This document shows positions 11,171-21,017 of a DNA stretch of 38,350 bases, in pieces; position 1 is the stretch's first letter; each line of letters begins with the position of its first letter. Source of the DNA: Fonticula alba ATCC 38817 (lineage: Eukaryota > Protista > Nucleariida); NCBI GenBank assembly GCA_000388065.2, contig KB932205.1; one strand, 5' to 3'. The notes beneath the pieces were generated by a model. That model searched no databases. It worked only from the letters and a program-made list of their open reading frames with translations, and had not been told where the DNA came from. The translations under genes were made by a program, and so were the position numbers.

Positions 11171-12869
11171 AATGATGGCGTTGGCAATGTCAATGACGGC
11201 GGCCAGGGGCAAAGGGAGAGAGGGAGGGGGGAAAAGGGAGGCTTCTCAGAGAAGGAAGGAAGGGAAAATACCGGCCATGCTCACAATAGAGGGGGGCTTG
11301 CGCCGACGTACCTGAAGGATGACAGACGCGGGGATGGCATGGGCAAGGAGCTCGTAGAAGCGCTTGCGTGCGGCCTCCAGACGCTGGGGCGACTGATCGG
11401 CCAGGATGAAGTCCGCCAGGTTGTGGATGTACTCTTGCCAGTCAGGCAGCGGGATCTCCGCCGCCGGATCGTTGGCTTGCCTGGGAAGGTGCCCGGAGGG
11501 AAGGGGGGGAGGGGCAAGGGAGAATGACCTAAAGTTAGAGACTGAAGCCGGGACGGAGAACCACCCATCGGCAAGACAGGACAGCGCACCCCTTTGTGCA
11601 GACAACCTCCAGCATGAGCAAAGCCCGGCGGAGGTTGGCATCGGACTTGTTGACAATGTTGGTGGCCACCGCCTCCGACAGCGTGTGGCGCTCCTTGGCT
11701 GCGGTGGCTGTGAGGATGGCAATCATCTGCAAGGGAGGCCAAGTCATCGGCAGGGGGTTAGAAGCCGGTGCGCGGGAAAGAGGGGGCCACATGCGGACGA
11801 AGGGGAGGGGAGAAAAGGGGGGAGAGAAACCTCCATAACCGGGCGCACGTTCTGCTTGGATGGCGAGGGGACGCGCACGAGCAAACACCGCGACCGGATG
11901 GGCGCGATGATGCGCGTGGTGGAATTGCACACCAGGATCAGGCGCAGATTGGCCGTGTACTTCTCCATCGTCCGGCGCAAGCCGGCCTGGGCATCGCGAG
12001 ACAGATTGTCCGCCTCATGAATGACAATGACTGGGGGGGGGGGGGAGCATGGATGCCAGGGCGACGCAGCTGGGTTAGGAGCCGAAGTCCCTTGACGGTC
12101 GAGTGCCAACATTGGAAGGAGATGGCAAGGCGCCAAAGAGTGCCAGGGAGCCATACCTTTGAAACGACGGGCAGCATTGGCATCGATCTGCTGCGACTGG
12201 GCAACCTCCTTGATGACCTCCTGCACGACGAAGCGGTCCTGGTTCCCCACATCGCTGGGTGCCAGGGGGTGAAAGGTTAGAGCAGGAGGAGGGGAGGGGG
12301 GGGGGGAGCAAGACGTGATAGTGACACCAAAGACCGTACGAAGGGCTCATTTCCAGATGGTAGTTGCTGGAGACAATCGGGAGGTCCACCTTCCGGGTAC
12401 CGGTCTGGCGTATGCGCCGTTGGGGAGTGGGAGAGTGAGAAAGGGAGGGAGGGAGGGAGGGAGGAGGGTCAGTGTGAAGGAAGGGCCGGGCCAAGGAGCC
12501 GCAAGGGCAAGGACAAGCGCACGTCGAATGATTTGACATCGATCTTGGCCTTGTCAACTGCAGGGCCGAAGATCTCCCGAAGCATGGCCATGACGCGGGT
12601 CTTTCGGCCGGACCCGCTCTCACCGGTGACCAGCAGGTGAGGAAGGTCCCCGGAGGCGGACTGCAGTGCAGTGTCAGTCACCGGGCGTGCAGTCGAGAAG
12701 GGGCGGAAGGAAGAGAGAAAGCCGGGCGGGCGGGCGGGCGGGCGGGCGGGCGGGCGGGCGGAGGCCCAGCGCCAACACGTACCAGATGGGTCAGGCGAGT
12801 GGTCAGATCATCATGGTAGTCGAGCTTCGCCAGGGAGGTCGGCCGGTACCGGTCAACCCAGAGACTCAT
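10923..12869 (-). CDS. RFC3: Replication factor C subunit 3 (RFC38; yeast Rfc5 orthologue)
   Basis: Exons 12869-12783, 12660-12523, 12404-12340, 12254-12157, 12030-11849, 11726-11590, 11480-11312 and 11096-10923, with consistent phases. Motifs MSLWVDRYRP, LPHLLVTGESGSGRKT, SSNYHLEMSPSDVGNQDRFVVQEVIKEVAQ, EADNLSRDAQAGLRRTMEKY, IRSRC, and C-terminal KAIFHLEAFTAK. Confidence 0.97.
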
Positions 12870-13507
12870 AACTGCGGTGGGAGGGCGGGCAGGCAGGCAG
12901 GAGGGCGGTGGTGAGGCGGGAAAAGAAAAGCGCGCGGGTGTGAATGGAGAGGAGGGGAATGGGGGAAGGGAGGAGGGTGTCCATTGCTGACTGACCGCGC
13001 TGCCCTCGTTCCCCCCTGGTGCTTCTTGTTTGGGCGTGCCTCGCCGCCCGAGGGCTGCTAGCGTGCAGTCTCTCGCCCGGCCGGCGCGTGTCCCCGGCCG
13101 CGCGCGCAGGGGAGGCCATTTTGAATTGGTAACCGTCAATCAAAGGGTGGCGCTACATAGCTGCCGACGGATGTCCGATCGCCGCCTTGGCCGTGCATGG
13201 CCCCCCGCCCCAAGAGCCCCCTGGGACAAACGATCGGCCAGAGTCTCTCTCGCCCCTTCGCGCCCCACCGCCCCGGGGAAGAGGCACATGCCAGGCCCGG
13301 AAGGCCGGGGGAGGAGGGCAGATCGCGCGGCGCGGAGGTGACCCGGTCGCGCCCCGGTGGACGGCCCTGCGACACAGTCCGCATTTTATGTCGACCCCTC
13401 CTGGTCCCCAAGTCGGCCGGGACTCGGGGACATTGCCCCCTCCGACCCATTCACCTTCTCGTTCACCCCTCACTCCGCCCGATTGCCCCTTTGCATTCCC
13501 GCCCCAT
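12870..13507. promoter_or_regulatory. Putative bidirectional promoter region between RFC3 (-) and FIGNL1-like (+)
   Basis: Head-to-head ATGs about 640 nt apart; CpG-rich with CGCGCG elements. Confidence 0.5.
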
Positions 13508-14012
13508 ATGGACATTTACCACCACGGGTTCGCCGACGAGGCCCTGTTCCTGAATGATCCGGCCAACTTCGGCGAGGTGCCTGCCGGCGGTGCGCTTGAC
13601 CGGCACTGCCCGCTTGCGATGGCCGTCGCTCTGATGCCCTCGACCCTGAGGCCGCCGTCGGCCCAGTCGGCTTGGCATCTGGATTGGTCGTCGTCCCCCA
13701 TGTCGGGGCTGACTCCGCCGACTGGCGGATGGGACATGGTGCGTGAACCGACCGGTCTCCGATCTCCGCCCTCTCCCTCTCTCTCTCTCTATACCCCACC
13801 CTATTTTAGTGCTGCGCCCTGTCCGGGTCTCTCGCGGCTCCTGGGAGGCGGCCACTGACCTTGGCCACTTTAGATCCCGGTACCCCCAGGGACAGACACA
13901 GGCCCGTATCCGATCCCGGATGTGGACCCACCTGTGGAGCCTCTCTGCCCTGACCACATCCGGGCCCTTGTCTCGCTGCATGAGGAGGTCACCACTCGGC
14001 TGGCCCAGCAGC

Positions 14013-14049
<37 letters not shown>

Positions 14050-14953
14050 GCGACCGCAGAACGGAGACCACGGGCCACGCGCTGGCGGGGATTTTGACCC
14101 CGGGTCCGGTCCGGGGCAGGACGACCCCCCGGCTGCGCCGTTTCACTCGGGCGACGCACTATTGGATGCCGATAGCCCAACTGGGTACGCCCCCCTGCGA
14201 CCGTGGCATCCCTGTCTCTCTCTCTCTCTCTCTCTTGCCCTTCGGCTGACCTCCGACAATCTGCTCATGCTCCTCCGCCCTTCCCCAGCGATGGTGGCCC
14301 CTCCTCTTTGGCTCCCGGCTTCATCACGGCAAAGCAGCAGCTTGTGCGCCCACATCCCTCTCACAGTTTGAGTTCCTCGCCCCTTCCCCCCTCCCCCCTG
14401 CTCTCATCCCCCCTCTCGAGAATCTGCAACACACTGACCTGCCCATATCTTCTCCTCTCCTGCTCGCGTTCACATCCGGATGGACATGCGTGCGTGGCTT
14501 GTGCAGGCGATCGACCGGCAAAATCAGCAGCAACGCTCGGACGCCACGCACTTCGCCTTCAATTCCAATCGCCACTACGGCCCGGGCCGCGCACCTGGGG
14601 CCAGCCCGCCACCGGATGCCGGGCCCAGCCAACGCCCTCTGGGCGTGCGCCGTCCCCCGGGCATTGGCCCTGGCGTGGGTGCTGCTCCAGCTCGCAAGTC
14701 CCTCGGCGGCCGGCGCTTCCTCTCGAGCCCCGGTGGAGCTGCGCCCCTTGGCAACTCCCGGGCCCAGGATGAGGAGGATGAAATGCGCAACGAGCTGGGC
14801 TGCTACAACCTCAACCAGACCCCGGCCGCGCGGCGGTCTGCCTCCGGAGCTGCACAGGGTGACAACGGCCAGCCGATCAGCGACGACCCCATCTTCCAGG
14901 ATCCCCGGCTGAAGAGCATCGAGCCGAAGATGATCGAGATGATTTTGAGCGAG
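13508..14953 (+). CDS. FIGNL1: Fidgetin-like 1 (FIGNL1)-like protein, N-terminal half only; AAA ATPase exons absent
   Basis: The last recognisable exon encodes RKSLGGRRF and DPRLKSIEPKMIEMILSE followed by a GTGCGCCC donor. This matches the FIGNL1 segment (KKSLG...; ERLKNLEPKMIELIMNE) immediately before the AAA domain. Upstream exons are less certain (ATG 13508; poly-Q exon about 13874-14183). Confidence 0.7.
14015..14047 (+). repeat. (CAG)11 encoding poly-Q in the FIGNL1-like exon
   Basis: Direct reading. Confidence 0.9.
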
Positions 14954-17381
14954 GTGCGCCCGTCGAGAGTATCTGCGCCCCGGACCGGCAGGGTGGAGGT
15001 GGAGGGGGGGGGGGGGCGGGGGGGGATATTGGCGCAAGATGGATGGAAGGCTGGGAGAGGAGCGGGAGCGGGCAAGGCCGGGCAAGGCCGGGCCAGCGAT
15101 ACACATGCGGAGCAGTGAGACGCCCACGTACCGCTTCAGCTGCGGAGCCAAAGTGGCCCCCAGATGGGCATCGACAGCCAGCTGCCGGGCGGTGAGGGAA
15201 TCGGAGCGAAGCCCGGGCGGGGCTGGCGCCAGCGCCGTTGCCCGGAGCGGGACCTCGTGCACCCTTCGCAGCCACCCACGCACCGTGGAGAAGACCACCA
15301 GCCGCCGGATGTCGATGTCAAAGCGAACCAGCAGATCCGCATGCTGGTTGGCCACGGCGGCTACCGACCGCCCCGGATGGAGGCCAGACAAAATGACCGC
15401 CATGGCCGTGAAGACTCCCAGGCGGGCCACGGGCCCGGTGGCCGGCGAAGGCGTCACCTCGACACATGGCGAGGACTGGGAATGTGGGGGTGATGGCTGT
15501 TGCGCATGCAGGGGCGCCTGGGACTGAGCCGTCAGGGGAGTCCAGTCGCCGTTGGCTGGCCCGGCACAGGTCGCCTCCAGCCACCCGGTCACCAGCGCAT
15601 GCGATCGAGGGTGCACGGCAAATAGCAAGCACTGCTCGGCGGCCGCCAGCGAGCCGAAGAATTGCCGGATAAAAGGCGTGGCCACATAGGTGTTGGAGTA
15701 CTGCCGACGTGGGACATGGGAGCAGTGAGGGGGGGGGGGGGGGGGGGGGGGGAGGGGGGGGGACAGCATGAGCAAAAAAAAACTGAGCTATGAAGGCGCA
15801 ATGCATGTGGGAAGAGGAGGGGCTCGCACTTGAAACAGGTCCGTCAGGACAACGAAATCATAGAACACCAAATGCTGGACACACTTGGCCACAAGCTCGG
15901 CATCACAATCCGAGAGATGGGAGATGGCCCGGATGGTCCGCTGACCGTTGATCAGAGGGATGACCTGACGCGGGCAGACGCGGAGAGGGGCCAGGGGGGG
16001 GGGGGAAGTGGTCAGTTCACCGTCCCGGTATGGAGAAGCGGCATGCTCCAAATGGGCGCACCTTCTGTGAGGTCAGGTCCCAGGCGGCCGAAGTGAAGGC
16101 AGGGAAGTTGGCCCCGGCCCCGGTTCCGGCCAGGCTGGCGTCCGGCTGCAGGTCATCCAGGCGGATATCCGGCATTTGAGCGCCGGGCAGAGCGCGGATG
16201 AACACCGGCACGTCATGGTCCTGAGGCAGGGGCGGCACCGGGAAGAGTTTGCGCAGCGGCAGCTTCAAGTGAAGCGTGTGCGAGGAGGCTGACAGGACAC
16301 GAAACAGGAGAGGACAAGGAGATTGGCCAGCCGGCGCCGAGAAGAGGGTCAGGGAGGGGAGGAAGGGGGGGGGGAGAGAGAGACATAGAGCAAGAGAGAT
16401 CTATGGGAAGGCGACGCACTCAGGTCGATTGTGGTTGAGCCGTGCTGATTGAGGTCATAGAAGATCTGAGACAGGACATCGCCCAAGCGGGACTTGAGTG
16501 CCGGGCGAATGAGCAGACCGTCTTCGATCTGCGCCGTGGAAGAGGCGTTAGTCGGGAAGGGACAGAGCAGGGCCAGAAGAGGAGGAAGCACGAGGAGATC
16601 CCACCGCAGCCGGGGCATGTACCTCTGCGAGTTTCAGGATACGCGTGGCCTTGCGCAGAAGCAGCTCATGGGCATAGGTGTCGGCACCCTCGGGCAGGAC
16701 AAACACCAAGTTGAAGATGAGGGCATTGCGCTCATACTTGTTGTCCTGGATCAGTGCCGGCAGGCCGAGCAACGTGACGCCATCCACGCGGCTGGCGGAT
16801 GGGCGCATGATGAGGATCAGCGGTGGGAGGGGGGGGGGAGGGGAGCGAGCTTGAGCGACAGGGGCCGAGAGAACGCACAGGGTGACCACGCGCCCACACA
16901 GCTGGGGCTTTGGGATGACATATTCGGAGATCTTGTCGAAGACACCTTGGGGGAGGGCGCCGGGGGGGGCTGCCGGGGCCGCCGGCCCGGCTTGGTCATC
17001 CCCCAGGTGCGGCGACCCGGCCGAGGCACGGAAGATGCCCGCGGACCCTGGAGCCGGAGCGCTCGGCGAGGGAGGCGGCTGGCTGCTGCCAGGGGCGGCA
17101 GAGGCCGGAGGCACGGCCGCCGTGGCCGCAAGGGCGGCCGCCACAGTCGGCAGTGGGGGTGTTGGTGGCCGGGGGGAGGGCGGCGAGGGGGGGACGCCAG
17201 TGGTGGCGGAGCTGGCGCCGCCGCTCGGGCCCCACTGGCTGGCGACCGCATCCACCGAGGGGCTCGGGGCTTGGAAGGCGATGCGTGGGCCCTGGGTCGG
17301 GTGAAACTCGGCAAAGAAGACCCCGAGCAACAGGGGATGGGCGTGAAGAGAGGACGAGGGGGAGAAGGAGGACATGCTCAT
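14954..17381 (-). CDS. NPRL2: GATOR1 subunit NPRL2/Npr2 (3' end uncertain)
   Basis: Exons 17381-16879, 16791-16623, 16528-16420, 16288-16062, 15964-15830 and 15700-15132, then an acceptor at 14973. Motifs LLGVFFAEFHPTQGPRIAFQ, FDKISEYVIPKPQLCG, KYERNALIFNLVFV, PQDHDVPVF, WDLTSQKVIPLING, KCVQHLVFY, FQYSNTY and DIRRLVVFSTVRGWLRRVH. Confidence 0.93.
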
Positions 17382-17820
17382 GGGGCGGATGTGCCGGGAA
17401 GGGAGGGGGAAGAAAAGAAAGAGAGCCGGAGGGTGAGGGGGGGACCCGGGCGTTGCAAATCGTCCCGGGCAGAATGAGAGCAATGACGGGGGGAGGGAGG
17501 GAGGGGGGCAGCGACGCCAGGTGTTGCCGCACGGGCCGGTGTCCCGGACGCCGGAGCGCCACAAAAACGACTGGCTGGGAAAGTGGCCTTCCCTGCCAGC
17601 AACCAATGCACCGGCCGGCACGCCGCACGCCCTCTCGGCTCTGAGCGGGGAAACATTGTCCGAGCCAGTGGCATCCAAGAGCGGGGGGGGGGGAATGCCC
17701 CTGTCTTGCCCCCGACGCACGGCAGCCCCGCCAATCTGAGGCGCACATCGGCAACACGCTATGCAGCCGCTCTCCGCGGCATGTGCGCGCCCCGTCTTCG
17801 CCCTGCAGGTGTGTGACCTT

Positions 17821-17853
<33 letters not shown>

Positions 17854-17855
<2 letters not shown>

Positions 17856-17937
17856 GTCGAGGGGACGGGGGACGGGCGCGATCCGAGCCCGCCCCCGGCC
17901 GCCCCGAAGCCCCGCCCCCCCCTCCGCTTGCTCCCCT
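17854..17937 (+). repeat. 84-nt segment after a poly-C run, identical to 22164-22247
   Basis: gggtcgaggggacggggg...ctccgcttgctcccct occurs at both positions; the second copy abuts an N gap. Confidence 0.9.
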
Positions 17938-18594
17938 GCCCCCCCTCCCGGAAACTCTTGCATTCCTCTTCGGGCCGGGCCCTCCCCCCCCCCCCCCCCC
18001 CCCCCCCCCGACTCCGCCCCCATGACAGCGCGAGAGCCATTCAAAATGATCGGCACCCCAGGTGGGGTCACCTTTCTTCCCGGATTGGTCGTGCTTCGCC
18101 CACAAGCCCTGGTGTGGAGACCCGGATTTGGCCTGCGGTGCCTTCCCCCTCGCGCGGACACAACATTCTCGGACACACGCCGGTGGCGGAGGGGGGAGAG
18201 ATGGCGAGGCAATACAGACACGTGCCTGTGCGCTGCAGGGAGGGGGAACAGGGTGTTGCCGCCCCCAGGAACACACACACACAAACAAGGCAGAGGGGGG
18301 GGGAGCATATGTGGACACGGATGATGGAGGGGGAGAGAGTAGGTAGAATTGTATTTGGGCGCTGCTGCTGGTGCGCATTGGGGAAGAGAGAGCGCCGGAG
18401 GGCGCGCGATGCGCCACATCACTCCACCATGAGAGAGGCGGGCGCGCAGAAGAGAGGGGAAGGGGGAAAGCACGCTTGTTGGGGCGCAAACACCCGAGAC
18501 CGGGGAGAAAAAGGCCGTCGAACTGCGGCTACGGAAAAGAGGAGGCGGTGTCAGAAAGGATGTCGAGCAAGGAAGGAGGAGGCGGAGGGCAGGA

Positions 18595-18668
18595 AGGTTC
18601 AGACAAAAAAGAACAATCAATCTACACTTGAATTTCGGATTGAGCTGGGTTGTTCAATCATCACGTTG
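18595..18668 (-). ncRNA. Box C/D snoRNA, predicted guide for 2'-O-methylation of the LSU rRNA A equivalent to yeast Am2946 (snR71 / SNORD29-like)
   Basis: Minus strand: box C GTGATGA (18664-18658); guide AACCCAGCTCA (18651-18641), complementary to conserved LSU UGAGCUGGGUU; D' CCGA (18638-18635); C' GTGTAGA (18627-18621); box D CTGA (18602-18599). The D'+5 rule lands on the A of UGAG. Box D is 76 nt upstream of the intron acceptor. Confidence 0.8.
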
Positions 18669-18956
18669 AGGGGGAGGAGGGAAGATGGATGGATGGAGAG
18701 AGAGAAACATACCAAGGGAGGGGAAGATCCACCTCGCGGCGGAGAGCAGGCGCCCCGGGGAAGATGAGGACACTGCAGGGGGATTCAGACCGGGAGGACC
18801 GGGACCGCTGCATGCACAGAGAAGGGCGGGGTCTGGATGGGGGCAATGTATGTGAGTGGGGTGCGCGAAAGGGAGGGGAGCATAAAGGCCAAGGAGGGAG
18901 AGAGGAGGATAGGGAGAGAGAGAGAGAGGGGGGGGAAATGTGGAGGGAGGAGGGGA

Positions 18957-19103
18957 GTATGTGCATGGGAAGAACAAGCTCGACGCTGGTGGAAATGCAG
19001 AATCGAGTGAAAAGCCCACGGCATTCATCTAGGCGACAGAGTGTGCTGAACGATGTCGCGGGAACATCAATGCACAAGATGAACACGCGTGCACAGCCGC
19101 CAT
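18957..19103 (-). ncRNA. Box H/ACA snoRNA candidate (about 147 nt, intronic)
   Basis: Hairpin 1 closed by GGCGGC/GUCGCC; H box AGATGA (19030-19025); hairpin 2 with lower stem CGUGGG/CCCAUG, pocket CUUUUCA / CUUGUUCUU and upper stem CUCGAU/GUCGAG; ACA (18962-18960) followed by 3 nt and then a pyrimidine tract. Confidence 0.7.
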
Positions 19104-19530
19104 GACTGGGATAGCGGGGAGGGGAGGGGAGAGGGAGGGGAGAGGGGGATACGTACGGGGATCTGCAGTGCTGCATAAGTCCGAGCGCGGAGGGGAGCGA
19201 GAAGCCGAAGAAACGCAGACGCGCGTTCTCCTCGGGCTCCTCCACCCCTGGGGATGTTTTTTTTTTTGGAGGTCCGCCTCTGGACTCAAGAGCGCCTCTG
19301 TCACGAAGAGAGAGAGAGAAAGGGGGAACACGGTGGTTTATGCACACGCGCACGAGGTGCTGCGCACACACGCATGCCCAATCCCCGAGACATGGCAGCA
19401 AAAGAGAGAGGGGAGGAGGTCACCGGCCGCACACGGGTGAGTGTGTGCGCGGACACGGGACGCATTTGTCGAGTGGCAGAGGAGGTGTAGGGAATGACCA
19501 CAGGAGGCTCGGCGCGTGTGGACCAGCTAC

Positions 19531-19537
19531 TTATATA
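19531..19537 (-). promoter_or_regulatory. TATA box of the putative snoRNA host gene
   Basis: GGTATATAAG on the minus strand in otherwise GC-rich DNA, about 25 nt upstream of a C-pyrimidine start. Confidence 0.6.
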
Positions 19538-21017
19538 CCCCTGTGGATGTGTGGCCACGGCCGCTCTCTCCCCCTGCCCCAGCGCGGGCGCAGCTAGCGG
19601 GACATGCTTACTGTCCTTGGAGCCCCTGCCGCCATCGTGAACACACACACACACACACATACACACACGCACATTGGCGCGCAAATGCACCACAGGAAGT
19701 GCGCGGCCTGGATGGATCCCAGCCACAACACACACGAATGCACCCCAACTGGACGGGCAGGGAGGATCAAGCGTCGTTCCAACAGGTGTTGCCCACCGCG
19801 AGCTTGGTCTAGGTGCCCTCTCTGACGCGCGCGCGCGCGGAGGAGTTGCCAGGGCGGGGCCCGCGTGCGCCGGAAATCGCGAGGGACCGCGGAACAGGGC
19901 TGGTGTCCGGCAGGACCATGCCATTATCCGACGTGCTGGAGAAAATTCCATTCCACGCTCGAAATAGTGGCATCGCCCGGTCCAAGCCACTGCCTGCCCA
20001 TCTGACACGCGCCTGGTCATGCGGCACGTTCTGAACCTGGCTCCAGGCCAGAGTCACAAAAAAAAACACACACGCACGGACACCGCGGAGGGGGGCGCCC
20101 AGCCCCAGCCGGCAGCCGAGGAACCAGAGCCGGCAGGGGCGGGGGGCGCTGCGCGGGAGCCGCACGAACGCAGGACGCGAGAGGGGCTGGAAGGAAGGTG
20201 GGGGACACGAAGGAGCCCATTAAATCGGCTTTTAAAAGAGGCTCGGAAAATGCCGCACTTATTCCGCCCCCGTGGCGCCCTGTTCCCGACGAGGTCGGCC
20301 TCGGGGAGTGTGCCCCAGGCGCGACGGGCGCACTCTCCCCCCGCCGCCCCGGCTCCATGCCGGGCGCGCAGGTGCGAGATCCCCATTGGAAATGGCACCG
20401 GCTTTTCGCCGTCACCCGGGGCGCGGTGGGGGCATGATTCCGCCGGGTCCTTCTCCTTCCATTTTTTTGGGGACGAACTCTTCTCCCCGAGCGGCCAGAT
20501 TCTGCCCCAGTACACTGGCGGTTCCAGGCTCACGCCCCAACCCCTCCTTGGGGGGGTCGATCTCCGCCCGCCACCGTCGCCCAGCAACTTCGTCCAGCCC
20601 GGCTGCGCAGGGGCCTCCTCGGGGAGGGGGGGGAGGGGGGAAGCAGAGCAGGACTGCTCGCCCAGCCGCCCTGGCCACCGTTACACTTCGCCGGCCGGCT
20701 TCGAGGCCAGGCCCTCGGGCCCCAGCAGGCGGGGGCAACCGGCCGGGGGCGGCCCACCGCAGGGACCACTCTCCCAGGCAGCCGCCTCCGTCCTGGGCCC
20801 GATCGGGGTCCGGCGCCCGAGTCGCAGTCTTTTCTCGTGCACCCCTGGTGTCCCACCGCACCCAAAAGATGAGACAGAGATTCCTCCCCTCCCAGTTCTT
20901 GCCCCCCCCCCCCTCCCCCGTCCCGAGAGAGAGAGATCCCCTCCCCCGGTCCGATGTGCGTGCCTTTGCCCTGCTCGATGATCATCGTTCCGCCCCCCGC
21001 CCCCCCCCCACCTCCCC

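Larger units (their letters stand above)
18500..19507 (-). ncRNA. Putative spliced non-coding snoRNA host transcript
   Basis: TATATAA at 19537-19531; pyrimidine start (CCTCCT) at about 19507; introns 19432-19298 (GTGCGG..GACAG), 19156-18833 (GTACGT..TCCAG) and 18712-18523 (GTATGT..CGCAG). The spliced exons give only a 14-codon ORF. The 3' end is unknown. Confidence 0.6.

Noticed and set aside
16930-17260. About 110-aa Pro/Ala/Ser insertion in the NPRL2 longin domain
   Set aside because: Low-complexity insertions at this position are common in fungal Npr2 proteins, so it is not distinctive.
18330-18430. Possible third small RNA in the host region (GTGATGT, GCGCAT/ATGCGC hairpin, ACA)
   Set aside because: Boxes are not in a valid C/D or H/ACA arrangement and no convincing guide was found.
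18603-18620. Second (box D) guide GTTCTTTT complementary to LSU AAAAGAAC
   Set aside because: Only 8-9 bp of low-complexity pairing, below the usual 10-nt threshold.
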